A stretch of 64,000 nt of DNA from Amoebophrya sp. A120 (lineage: Eukaryota > Protista > Dinoflagellata): assembly GCA_905178155.1 (NCBI GenBank), contig CAJINV010000033.1:85891-149890 (forward strand), read 5' to 3'. Shown one piece after another: positions 13,281-26,800 of the stretch; position 1 is the first letter of the stretch, and each line of letters opens with the position of its first letter. The notes beneath the pieces are model-generated. The model was not told where the DNA came from and did no database searches. It saw only the letters and a program-made list of their open reading frames with translations. A program made the translations under genes and the position numbers.

Positions 13281-14973
13281 GTGTGACTTCGTGCTGTCGA
13301 AGATCTCGTGAACAAGCTGTTTCCACCACCTCCTCCGCAAGTGCGTGTTGGAAGCGACGAACAGCAGCAGGCTTTCGGGAGATAGATTTGATTACCTGGT
13401 GGCCAGAGACCGTTGTGCGGAGGAGTCAGTTGTTTTTGTTGAGGGCACCAGCATGGTTAACCGTTTTAACGTTTAGAGATCTCACTAAAAAACTTTGTGT
13501 TTGAAGTTTTCAAGACTTGAATTGACAACTCAAGAAAGCTGTACATCGGTCCGCTCCGAGTCCGAGCCGACAGGAAGCTTAACAAGGAAAACAAATAGAA
13601 CCGTGTGCAGGAGAAGCGGTTCGATTTCACAGCATCACGTTCTGGACCTCCTCTAGTGCTTAATTAGAAATCTGTGATATCAACAACATCGAAGACATTC
13701 TGTAGTTGCTCCCGCTGTTGCTCTAGTAGTACCCCTTCAAGGATCAGTAATAGGGCTACGCGACCATCATGTCGTGTAGCTGCATGAATGAAGAGGCGTC
13801 GCGGCAATTTTATCGGTTTTTATAATTTTGTCGAGAACTTTTACTCTACTCTGAAGTCACTTTGATTTTTACCGTTTTTCGTTTGGAATTGAATTAGTTA
13901 CTTATTTTGCAAAAGGAAAATAATAGCGAGGAGACTCCACATGGTGCTCCTACATAGTCTAGTGGTTCAATTATACTTTCGTTTTCATTTTCGTTGTCCG
14001 AAGCAAACAAAGTTCTTCTCTTTCTTGCTCTCGAGAACACAGCATCAACGTTGGCTCCTGTAGTAGGTACCAAACCGCAACATGAGAAAGTTGCTAAATC
14101 ATGTGAAATTCAACTTGTTGACTCCGATCGAGCAGTATGATCTTTTGTATTCACTTACATTTTCAATTTCAAAAGTTCAAGTCCGCGTAAGGTACCCAAA
14201 ACAAACCAATTCTACTTATGCTCCTTTCTGCTGAATACAGACCCTCAATAAATTCAAAATGAAAAACCACACGAAATAAAATATTACAGAAAAAAACTCT
14301 AGCGTAGCTGGAAATTTTGAGCGCAACTCTGCTCTGAAGCTTGTGCTGCAGAATGGATGAGCAAAGGGTGCGCGGTGTTCCGAGAAAAAAAAATGTGTGA
14401 TGCAACAGGTTATTGCTAATCCTAATGCTATTCCACGACGACTACAAGTACAAGTTTGTCCACGCTCTGAATGATTAATGACAGAGCTCAATATAATGAA
14501 GAAAGACAAAGATCCGGCGTGGAAATTTCCCTGCACTAAAAGACGTGTCGACGCGGACGCGCCAAAAAATATTTTCCAATGAAATGCATTCCTAGGGCCT
14601 GGTTGTAAAAATATTTATCATTTATTATCAACAAAGCCCGACCACAGCGGAACAACATCAACAATACTTCTAAGTGCATAGGTATTTTTGTTAAGAGAAA
14701 GACATTGAGTATAAATAAGTTGAGTCGTCCTCGTGACGGCGACGTATTGATGACAACTTTACAATTTTAGGTGCCAAATAAAATGAGTCCGCACTAAAGG
14801 ATGTTGGGTACTATAGTTAAAGTTGGTGAACATCACGGTGATCGTCGATGAACACGGTCGTGAAGCAGGTGCAGCCTGGGCAAAAATAGTACCGCAGAAA
14901 GAGCTTCTGCTTCGATATCGCAGCTCGGAAAGCGGAACATCAAGCCATCGGAGTAGAGTATTCTATTGATATC

Positions 14974-17900
14974 ATGACGAAGACGACGAAGTTTCACACG
15001 GGAGGTAGTTGTGGCGGACCAGCCCACGGGCAGCAGCAGCACCACCACCAAAATCCGCCTCCCCCTCCCCCGTCCACGACGAGTACGACTACAGCAGCAG
15101 CGAATAGTAATTACCCGGTACAGCTTCTACATGGACAACAACAACATCACCAGCACAATACTAATTACAGTGCTGTACCCAACCAGATCATGCAACAGCA
15201 TCCTGTGTTGACAGTCGAGGAGAACATCAGCCTCGAAGAGCGACACCCCTACGACCACGACCAAGAACATATTAGCCCGGGAGACGAGGACCTCCACGTT
15301 GACCATGACCATGACCACAACTATCACGACAACGACCACGACGAACACGACAGCCAGCACGAGGACCAGCATTCCCAGTACGACGACGACTGCAGCAATC
15401 ACTCGGAACTAGACGAGGAGGAGCTCGCGGAGAGACAGCACATTATCCAAAAAACTAACAACGTCGACGTGTCGCGTGCGACGACCCCAGAGTTGATGTC
15501 ATGCAGATTTGCAATGACAACAGCTGATAAACACTTGTGATCATCATGCGCAGCCAGCCCATGACTGGCATTTGTTCCATGTTTTGATACAAACTTGTAA
15601 TGCTGTAAAGAGGATAAAAATTATCAGGTGGACATGGATTATTTGTAAAAATGCGGCTGTCCTTGCTAAAAACCTGCACTACACGACTATCGGGACTGCA
15701 AGAACTTGTCACGCGTGACTCTGAAATAACCTATGTGTCGCGAAATCAATAATTAATCTCCATCTAGTTGTACTTGTACTTGAGGACTCTGGGGTCGTGT
15801 GGGCCCCCGGCCCGTTCTATTTCCTCAGGATACACGTTCCGCTGTACCCATCCTCCTCACATGACTGCGACGAGGAGTACCTACCGCCCTCCGGCTATGG
15901 AAGCGTCAGGTTTGAAATCGTCAAAGTTGAAATAATTTGTAATGCATAAAATGCGACACAAAAAGCGACTCTATTGCAGAGGACCCACGGGCGGCAGATT
16001 ATAGTCCTGGTAAGGGTCAAAAGTTGGACTGCTAACTAGCATGACAGAAGGCAGCTCCTTTGCCCTAAACCGCATGACAGACTCGCTTCCAGGACCGGGA
16101 AAATTTGTCATGCACCGACTACAAACTGTAGGTCTAACTGGTATCCGTTTTATGCATGACAAACTATTTCAACTTTGACGATTTCAAACCTGACACATCC
16201 ATACCGGCACCGGATCGGCCCGGGGAAGTTACCACGACCACGGGTCCAACCACGGGGATGGTACCATGAGCAATTCGGGAAATAACCACCACTATGGATT
16301 GTAAAAATGTCTGGGCCTGGAAGGTTGGAACTTGTAATGCGGGTCATGCATTCCTGGAAAATCTGTGTTGCATGAGCAGCAAAAGAGAGGCTTTCTTTGT
16401 CATGCAAAAACGCAGTTTGTAATGCGTGCTAGGCATCAGCAGGCCTCTCAAAAGCTTGTCATGCTTGGCTGCCATTGGAAGCGCTTCAATCATGCGCAAT
16501 TCAGCATCACAAGTTTCCAGACCCAGACATTTTTACAGTTGATAACCACTACAGCCAGGACGGCACTAGTTCCGGCAATCCGGGCGGGGTTTGTTCGTCT
16601 GGGGAGATGAATCATTTCCAAGGTGGAACTACATCCAATGTCAACACCTCCGGGGGAAATATGAATTCGCAGCAGCAGCTCCAAGCGGGCGGGCAGCAGC
16701 AGCAGCACCCAACCAGCACCGGTGGTCAGCATCACCACCACAACTACGGTCGCGTACACATGAACGGGGGTGGCCACCCGGCGAGCATATCAAATGCAAA
16801 AATGTCTGGGTCTGGAAACTTGTGATGCTAAAATGTGCATGATGAAAACACTTCCGAATGCAGTCCAGTATGACAATTTCCCAAAACGCTTTCCCATAGG
16901 CAATCTGCATGAGAAACTGCGTTTTTGCATGACAAAAGAGGCTGCGGCTTTTGTTGGTTATGCAATACAGATTTCCCAGGAATGTAGAGCTAGCATTACA
17001 AGTTCCAACCTTCCAGACCCAGACATTTTTGCAGTGCATAGAGCACCAGTGGCAGCAATTTCGCGCATCTCGAAGGGACTGGAGCGGAGGCGGACGGCCA
17101 CTACAACCAGTACTATAACGACCACCAGTTGGCGATCATCCAAAATTACGGGCACAACCCGGAGGGGAGAATCGCCTACGAGGGCTACGATGGGTACGGG
17201 CAGCCCACCATCGGCTTAGGGGTGGTCGGCTTCATATGCATTGCAAAAGCATCTTCGCGCTAGTAGTTGTAGCAATCGAATTTTGGCATCACAAAGGTTC
17301 CATAATACAGCAGTTCGAAAGTCAGTGAGGTGGAATTTCTGATGCTGATTCAGCTAAGAAAGGAAATGTGCTGTCATGCAGTCTGGCAAAAATTCGTACG
17401 AGTGCGATACTTCTTTTGCAGAGGATAGTTCACGGGCGTCGACGACACGATCGAACCGGCGAAGCTGTGCGACATGTCGGAACAGTACTCTTTCGTCGAG
17501 TGGGGTGTGTTGCTTCATAAGGAGCGGGAGGGGAAGCCGCGGTATGCCTCGCAAAAGTGGATAAACCGGCTGCGCGACGAGGTGGAGCGGCGGCAGAAGG
17601 ACCGGTGCGAAGCCGGACGAAATAACCTGAACGGGTCCGCCTGCGCGAACGGGGGTGGCGGCCACGGACACCCTCAACGGCCCCGAGGTAGAAAGAAAAG
17701 TACGAAATACTTGTTCATCTTCTGTGTGGCTTGCTATAAAATTTTTGAATTTTTGATCACGTGACGCTGCTGCACTGCGAGCCTTTATACGAAGAAGTGG
17801 TAAGAAGTCCCCTAGTACGAACGACGAACAACGTATTAATTGCACTTCCTTATCAGGTGGCAAGAAGCAGACCCAAGGGTACCAAATTCGGCTCGCCGCG

Positions 17901-18925
17901 CATCTTGGGGGTGAGTACTGCCTCCAAGCACTCAACGGGGATGACAAATTCATCCGGGAAACGCTAGTGAAAGAGCTTGGGTACAACTACTTTTTTGAAA
18001 CTTTCTGCTGCAGTAACCTAAATATTGCACTGGTGATGTTGATGACACCATGATGCGAATAAGTAAGTGTGTTGCGGTTCTTGCGACATCAACAGCTTGA
18101 ACTTCTATCGCAAATTAGTAAAGGTACTAGATACGAACGATTACGAGCGAAACAATAAACAGGTTTTCCCGTATCCAGCTGAACCCTACCAAGCCGAACG
18201 GCGTGAACGAGTCAAATCTGTTGAAGTTTATGAAACCCTTGCAGCAGCTGTTGGGCACGTTCGAACGGGAGTTCGAGCACGTGGAGTTCATATTCCAGGT
18301 GAACAAGCAAACCAAGGACTTGGCATTCGCGCTGATGGATGACCCAAGGCCAAATCTCGCCTTCCTCTACGACAGCAGCATGGGAGCAGGGAAAACGCCG
18401 TACACTTTTTGAATAATGATTCGTTTGGTGATAAGAAATAGAAGCAGGATCTTCTTTTGCTGGATGACAATGACCACGACGTCCACGTACTGATATGGCT
18501 TCACTTGTTGAATGGGAAGTAGAACCCGCGCGGCGACAAATGATCTTTCTATAGGAAGAGCCCTTACTAGCGCTGCAACCCAAGAACTACGTTGGTCCCC
18601 TTGGTCCAACAATCTTGAATGTACTTAAATTTTTCTCAATTGCAGTGCCCGCCGCCCCGTGCCGCTCGCGCACCCAGGCGTGCATGTCGGCTACGCAGGG
18701 GGGATCGGTCCCCATAACTTGCGCGACGAGCTGAAGAAGGTCATGACGGCCGTCGTGAACAGTGACGACCAGCAGCAAAACTACACCAATCTCCACGAGG
18801 AGCGCACAATATGGCTGGATATGGAGAGCTCTCTGCGGAACAAGGAGGACCTCTTTGACATCACCAGGTGCGAATCGATTGTGGGGCAGCTGTTCGACAT
18901 GGGGGTGCTACGAGATGCAGATTGA
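14974..18925 (+). CDS. Protein with His/Gln-rich N-terminus and C-terminal phosphoribosylanthranilate-isomerase-like (TrpF-like) TIM-barrel domain
   Basis: Spliced motifs GFTGVDD, VEWGVLL..REGKPRY, AHLGGEYC, RIQLN, FIFQ, FLYDSSMGAG, VGYAGGIGPHN, WLDMESSLR. Five introners plus other introns; start codon uncertain. Confidence 0.65.
15444..15832. mobile_element. Degenerate introner, family B-like, repeats CACAT/CACGT
   Basis: TATCC...GGATA ends, GACCCCAGAGT/ACTCTGGGGTC inverted pair, TGTCATGC motifs. Confidence 0.65.
15896..16203. mobile_element. Introner, family H (TIR TATGGA..GTCAGGTTTGAAATCGTCAAAGTTGAAATA), direct repeat CCGGC
   Basis: About 55-bp near-perfect TIR; CCGGC at 15891-15895 and 16204-16208. 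Confidence 0.92.
16293..16544. mobile_element. Introner, family A, direct repeat ACCAC
   Basis: TIR plus ACCAC on both sides. Confidence 0.9.
16788..17040. mobile_element. Introner, family A, direct repeat GAGCA
   Basis: TIR plus GAGCA at 16783-16787 and 17041-17045. Confidence 0.92.
17235..17427. mobile_element. Introner, family D, repeats CTTCA/GTTCA
   Basis: TATGCATTGCAAAAG...CTTTTGCAGAGGATA; removal yields GVVGFTGVDDT. Confidence 0.82.
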
Positions 18926-19990
18926 TACAACTTCTTTTTGTCATCACATCTTCGTCGTGTTGAAGTTGCACACCAGGACGACGAGAGGATTTGCAGATTG
19001 CTGTTGCTCTTCGAGGTTCTTGTTCACACGAAAAAGATAAATGAATAATAAAGCGACCTTCTTTATTTTACGTTCCTGATAAAGTACACGTACACCCGTT
19101 ATACTTTTTAGTTCCCGCTGAGAACGAGGGCGAGCCCAGTACTCAGTTAGTAGAAGTTCTTCTTGGCACAAACGACTAAGACTCGTTGAAAATTATACGC
19201 GCCAGGATCATGTACTTAAGCAAGTAAGTAAGCGCCGCCGTCGACCGATATTAAATTAATACTGAAGCGCGAAGAGGCTCAGTGCTATCGGATCGGGTCG
19301 TGTTCTATCGTGTGCCTTGTCCTCGTAGAGTGCTGTTCGTCTTCGAAAGGAGTGCGTTTTCTACTTTTCGTGTTGGTTTCTCCTTATATGCAAAGTCAGA
19401 ACTGAGGAAAAGAAAGCCGCAGAGAAAGCACGCTGGCGCGTCGTTGACGCTGTTCTTCAAGAACACTGGAAGCGGTTGCACGTCGTAGTATACTTGGAGA
19501 AAGAGTTTATCGTGGAGAGACTGCTTCATTTGATTCCATGGTATTTGTGGACTTTGTTCTTCGGCAGCTGCAACCTGAGTGCAGTATTGAAAAAATCCGG
19601 TATGATGTCATCCTTTATTTCTAGCACTGTAGCGCAGATGAGAACAAGTTGTAAGTGAGTAGAAGAACTACACCACTTGTAGCGTTAAAAATTGTGGTGC
19701 ATATAATTAGCAGTGCAAAGCAAAAGAAGGATGGCAGGAGCAGAAACCGCAGAGTCGTTCATCGCGCATGAAGATACTACAACCGGAGGACATTCACAGG
19801 AGCACAGCTGCGCACGTGGCGTGACATGATCACTAGCTTGTGCTGATTCAATCATTTTGTGATGTTCTTGGCAGCTGCCATAAATCAGAGAACATCAGCA
19901 ATTCTACCCGAAACTGACTCGACCCGCGAAGGAAGTGGACGACGATAGATACCTATAGGTGCAGAAGAACAAGTCGGTCGCCGTGCGAGG

Positions 19991-20835
19991 ATGTTGCTGC
20001 ACTGGAAAAGAACGCCACCGTCGGCTGCGCGATCCGTCGCGTTACTGTTGCTCCACGTGTGTAATATTTTTACCACGGTAGAAGTTCTTTTCACGACAAT
20101 CTCCACCACGGCGGCGGCAGGAAGGCAAGTGCAAATGCGGCAAGAAGAACTGCACGAACAACAACATGACCAGCAAGATCCAGTGGTGCCCGCCAGTGCG
20201 GCGCAGAAGTTGCTGAGTCCGGATGTGTTTCGCACGGAGCTCTTAAATCTCCTCGCCGATTACGACGCGCGGCATGGCAGGTACCTGGTACCCGAGGAGT
20301 ATTTGTTGGAAATCGTGGAACAAGCGCAAAACCAGACATTTCTAAACACGTCCAAAAATTCTTCTAGCACCAATTCAACATCCACGAATGCATCTTCCGG
20401 GTCGCAAAATGCGACGTCAAGTGGAACATCAACTCCTTTTGCGTTCACGGCCTCGTCGTTCTTCGCAAATAAAATGATGTCGAGGACAACCTCATCCCCG
20501 TCATCTCTTCCACAACATGCGACCTTCAAGATGTTGCCATGGCAGGCTGCGAGAACGCCTTCCATACTCGCGGAACAGCAACAACAGCACGGGAAGAGTA
20601 CCACGATAAGGGACCACGCGTCGGTTCTTCGTGCTGGTAGTACAAAAACAACTTCGAACACCAGCAGCAACAACTCTACTATCACAGCCTTGGCAGAGAT
20701 CCAGCTCGTGTTTCGCAACGACTCGATCAGTTTGGAGGAACTATTGAACGGAACGGAGGTGAGCATATTCAGTGGTACTTCTAACGGGTCCTCTTCTAGT
20801 ACAAATCCTGCTGGAGTCACAAACAACTCGAATAA

Positions 20836-20885
<50 letters not shown>

Positions 20886-23800
20886 CCTCAGGGAACAATA
20901 ACAGCAGTAGTCGGGTTGTGTTGAACTCGAACTCGTCTGCACAGACCGCAGTTTTGAATCTTTCCTTCGTCTTCGGGGAGCTGCTCGGCGGGCTGTTGCA
21001 GTTGGGGCAGGACGACTTGAAAATCGAGGCGGTGGTTGTCAAGAAGCGAGTCAACTTTGAAAGAAAGAAAAAAGAAAACGCAACGAATTCCACGGACCAG
21101 GAGAGTGATTCTAATTCTAATTCCACAAAGAACGCAAGTGGAGAGCAGAACGCGTCTGCCCCATCGTCGAGCAGCAGTAGCTTCATATCTACTCATCTTC
21201 AGAGTAGCAGTTCTAGTTCGGCTTTATCAAAATCTGCAGTGCTGGCCTTCACCTCTTCTACTTCTACGCAGAAGTCCTCTATCGCTGACCGAGTTGCAGC
21301 GCGAGAGGGTCGTGGTGGTCTTGTCACTGGAACTTCTAGTTCACAGCAAAACGAAACCTCCTCTAGTACTACTGGACCTGGCGACGAAAAAATCACGGAA
21401 ACCGCGACCGTAGAAGTCCGGTACACGCTTTATCCCAGAGAAAAAAGCTGGCAGGGCATATTTGTAATGCAAAAATAAACACACAGAAAAATTTGTCATG
21501 GGTGGCCCCCTAGCATGCTGTTTCGGATATGCAATACAGATTTTTTTGTGTATTTATTTTGTCATTACAAATATGCCCTGCCAGCTTTTTTCTGTGTGAT
21601 ACGCTTGCGAATCTGAACGCTACCCGCGTTGCGGACCTCCAATCCGTCCTGTTCCGCACCTACACCTACTCTCTGCAGCTCCGCGAGGGTTTGAAGCTCA
21701 TGTTCAAACAGGACAAGCTGTTCGACAAGATTGTGTCCAAACCTCCCGCCACCGGCCTGAAGCTCAACGCGCCGAAATTCGTCACCGACTGGGGCCGGTC
21801 CTTCTTGTGGCGCGAGGTGTCGGCGATGCAGCTGCACAACGAAATCCCCGAGGCCGCGGCGGCGCAGGTCGCTCGGGCGCTTCTGGCGCAAAGCGCCAGC
21901 GGCAACAAAAACGACGCGATGAGCAACGCCACGCAGGTGGAGTCCTTTGCGACGAAGCTATTGTTGCAGGCCGCGAAGTATCCTGTGCAAAAATCATGAA
22001 TCTATCGTAATGGTACTCGTAGGAAATCAAGTGCCAGTTGTCTTGCATGACTCGTCACCTAGTACTTGTTTTCCCTGAAGCTGCAGGTGGGCAGATAATT
22101 TTTCCGTCTTTTCCTTTTGGAAGGAAAGATATCGATTTGTGTAAAATGCAATTTGTTCTAGTCCTAGATACTGATACGAAATCGAAATATTTTTGCAATG
22201 CATACTTCGCAGACGTACGCGACGGCGCTGAAGCCGGACGGGTCGGTGGAGCACGCGGGGCCCTGGATGGACCGGCTCTGGACGAAAATCCGCACGGAGT
22301 ACAATTCCGTCCCCGTGGAAAACTTCACAATTGGCACGTTTCTGTACGCGAAAGCGTTCGATCCGGTGGAGACCATCCAAGAAATGCTGCAGTTTTACCA
22401 CAGCCACAACGAAACCGGGGTCATCAACCTAGTTTCCGGGCTTTTGACTGCCGCCGGGCTGCCGGCGTTGCAGTCCGTGTGGGCCGCGGGGAAGATGAAG
22501 AACGGGAGTAGCGGGACGAGTAGTTCTTCTGGGGCATCAACTACAGCAACTGGTACTTCTTCTGCCCCAACAACGGTCGTGGCGAACAGCAGCAACGGGA
22601 GTGCCGGTGCAAACATTTCGAACAACAACACGATAACTGCACCACTCACGAACGCGCAACTCCTTTCCTACCTGCTGTTCTACAGCTCGCCTGGTGTCGT
22701 TTTGAACACTTTTTCTACAACCCCTGCGGCAGCAGTGAACAACAGTTCTGGCACTGCGACAAACACGAGCGCTGGCGGGAACAACAGCAGCTCGACTAAC
22801 AGCACTTCTAAAAACAGCACCTCCGCATCGTCGGGGTCCAATTTGAATTTTATCAGTAACCAAACGCAGCAACAAATCCTGGCCTCGCTGTCGCAGCTTC
22901 TCCCAAAGTACTACTACATTGGGCTGCCGCTGCGCGACACGCTCGAGTGTGAACACAGTCAGGGTCTGGATTTTGGGAACGGACGCGAGGAGGACCTGGT
23001 CCGGAACACGAACAACACTGTAGTGTCCGTGCAAAATGCGACGACGACCACAAACGATCCCGATTTTCTCGCCATTCTCCGTACGGCCAGCGAAGAATTC
23101 GACCAACGAATGATCAAGGAGGGGAACGACTGGCTGGCGAATCAGAGCATCCACGGGATGACGGTCTCTACCTATCTCTTGGACAACAGCAATAATAATG
23201 GAACATCTTCATCAGCTTCAGGAGCTACAGCCAACGCATCATCTTCCAACAGCTCGAATGCAACAGCGGCTTTTAGTTCTTCGAGTAGCTCGATGTCGAT
23301 GTCCTCATTAGTCGAGAACGTTGTGCGCGGGATAAGGAAGAAACTGGGCGGACGAGAAAGGAGCGAGGCACGACAGGTTGCGGTCGACGTGGGAAAGAAA
23401 AATAAAAGCGAAAGGACAAGATCAAGAATCGTATTCGACGAGACGTTCTTACCGGCTGCAACAAGTTCGTGGTCTGAGGTGGAGAGTAGAGTGAGAATAC
23501 ATGCAGACAAGCGAGAAATTATTGAAAATTTGTTCCAGAAAGCACAGACTACGCCAGACGTAGGCAGGCCAAAATCAACTCCCTCCTCCTCATCATTCAT
23601 CTCACCGGCGCAACTCGTAATACCTTCGCGGAAGACCACGAGCAGCAACGGAATACTAGAGGAACGAGCAGACGAAGACGACGATCTTGAAAGCGGTGTT
23701 GCACTTGCGGGTGGTGACATAAAAACGCATGTGATACTAGAAACGCCGATAACAAATAAAATCGCGAGAACAGGAAGAAGAGAAGAGCATGAAGAAGATC

Positions 23801-26800
23801 CAGAAATAAGCACCGCGCAACGTGAAGTTGTAGAACTGCAGCCGCAGGAAAAGCTCCTGAAAGAAATCAATTCCGAGGGATCGTCTCCTGCAGAACAAAC
23901 GAGCACCGCCTTTCTGGCAGAGGACCTGCTTTCGGAAGAAGCACAGAAGGCACCATCTTCACACGAAGTAGTACAGGCAGAAGATGCTTCTCGTAAAGCG
24001 GCCCCTGCTTCTACTACCGCTGGTGCAGATCATGTTGATCTAGTTCCTGCAGAAGATGTTGTATCTATGCCAACTACACGTAGTACAGGCACATCATCAA
24101 CGCAATCACACCTCGATGGAACTTCTACCAGCAAGCTCGACCTGGCGGCCACCGGCGAAGTGTTGCTCGCGTTGCAGGACTTAAGTAAACACAGCACGAC
24201 CGCGACCAGTGGTAGTAGCGAGAGGATGATGAAGATGGCAAGTACAGATAGAGCTGAGAATCAAAAGTTATTGACGAGCACAGGAGTCCTCGGCACCACG
24301 CCTGGGTCCGGCGCAACCGGTCTGCAGGTGGACACGGATACGGTGATCACGTCCTACATCCCGATCGCGTGTCTGCAAAACTGCACCGTTCCTGACTCCG
24401 ACGAGTGCATCCGCTGCAAGCAGTACACGGTGATGCAGCAGTGGTGCATCGCCCACCACAACGACCCGAGCTGCATGCACGTGTTACTGGACTCCGGGGG
24501 GTACTTGCTGAAGCACGAACTGCACTACCGGAACGGGTCCCTGAAGATTGACTGGGCGAACTTTTCCCTTTCGGAGCACTTGGTCGTGTCGACAGACGAC
24601 GGGGAGGGAAGCGGTGGCAGACGAGCCGGGGAGAACGGGATGGTCATGACTACAGCGGGGCAAATGTCGCAAATTTCCGACGAGATGCCTCTCCCGGACG
24701 GCATGGAGGAGAAAACCGGGCCCTGCAGCTACCAGAAGATGGTGGGGCACTGCGTCCTGACCGGGGAGCACGGCCGCGACCAGCAGCTGGTCCGCCACGC
24801 CCTGCCGCACTTGCTGGCGGAGGCCGACTGCCGCGAGGCGTGCGACGCGGGCGGCGACGAGTGTGTGGGGTTCGAGTTTGTCGAGTTCACCCGCGCCGCG
24901 GCGGACAACCTCGCGCAGTGCACGGTGGTTCTAAACCCCCTGTTCGCGGACAACAGCGGGATCGCGATCCGGCGGGGTAACCAGGAGCTGGGGGCTTTCT
25001 GCTCCGCGAAGAACGGTTTGGTGCCCGTGGACTACACGAACCAAAACTCGTTTCTGGAGCAAGAAAGTTCGGCTGCCGGCGGTCGTGCTGGCACGACGTC
25101 CTGGTCTAGCAACAACGGATCTAGTACTTCTGCGTTAAGCGTCGCCTCCGCGCCCGTGGTCTCGGTTGATGCAGCTAGCAGTATCCCGCGGTCGCGGGAC
25201 AGCATCATAGTTTCGTCCCTAAACCTCTCGTCACCGCTCCATCTCGACAGCCGGCCGGCCGAGCAGTTCTCCGCCTACCATGATCCGACGTTCCGCCGGG
25301 CGCTGGCGATCACCGACGGACTGCAGCGGAGCAAGTAGAAATAAAGGATAGCACTTTCATCTTATTTCGTCATGATAATGTGTTGTTGATGATACGTGCT
25401 GGTATATTTCTTCTTTTCGTGAAGTATGAAGAAATCCACTTCCTGGTTTGTAAATGCAAGCGAGCATCATGCAAATGCATATACAGTTCTGCATAAGCAT
25501 AACTAGACTAAAGTGTTGTTCAATCTCAATCTCATTCCAGTTCTGCCGTTTTTGCTTTTGCTTACGTGGACGATTTTTACTCGAGCCCACTTGTTCAATA
25601 ACAAACAGCTACAACACGGACCTGGTCGCTTTCCGCGCGGCCATGTCCACCGACGATCCGGATCGCAAGAAGCTGGCGGATCTCCGTGGCGTGGGACTCT
25701 GGGCGAGCAGTTGTAGCCTCCCCGGGAACGTGGTGCCGTTGCGGTATTTTGTCCAGGCGAGGCCCACCTTCATTCCCAAGAAGTTCTGCGTCACCAGTGC
25801 AAACCCGGCGCAGCAGTCATTCTGTCAAACGGAAGTAATAGGAGGCCATCATCTTCAAGACGGCCGCGGGAGTCAAACTATCTCCAGAGGTGGTGACGAG
25901 AAAGCAGGCTCAATAGTGACCCGGACCAAGGCAAAGGTGCTGTATGAGAAGGGAAGAAGTAGAGGTAGAGATACAACTAGAAGTTCAGAAGCTGACCAGG
26001 ATCCAGAGACCGGAGTGTTTTATTCTATCCCGAAAGCGAAAACGACATCGCGAAAAGGGGTCACCAGTACAACCAGCAGTACCTCGGAAGGGGCAAATGA
26101 CGAGGTAGGACCTTCCTCAAGGATTCTGAGTCAGGGTAGTTCTTTAAATTACGGGTCTTTTCTAGAGAAGGAAATGGACGACGACAATCCACGAGATGTA
26201 ATTGGAAACAGCAGGAGTTCCTCCTCTTCTACTAGTAGTGATCCAGGCGCAAGAACAAAAACGGCATCCGCGATACAAACGGCAGCAAGGAGTAGAGTAC
26301 GGAAAAAAAGTCAGGACGACGGTGCCACCAACGCCCACCCCGCCGCGCCGGGCTACCTGAGCGCCCCGGTTGCGAGAATCGAGAACAATCCGTATCAACT
26401 GCAAACGTGGCTGGGCCTGGAACGGCAGCAAGCTCTGTTGCGCACTAGGCATGATCAGAAAGTAGAAGCGTTGTAAAAGGTGGTAGGTCATGCAGCAACA
26501 CATAGTTCTTCGCTGCAATTTCTTTGTGCAGGCGTTGCGATCAACATTCCACGATGCAGCATAATCCCGCAGATAATTTTCAGGTCCAGGAGAAATCAGA
26601 TTTGCCACGCATAACCCGTTCAATTTCACGCTCGAGGATTTCATGCCGCTTTACGACGCGGAGGGCATGCCGACGCAAGTTCCAAGAATCGCTGCGCTTC
26701 CTATCATCGAACAGGACTACTGGAAGCACGAATTGATGAAGGATTTCCTCGCCCGCGTGGGTACGTCTCACCTGAAACTGCAGGACAACGAAGCGTATGC

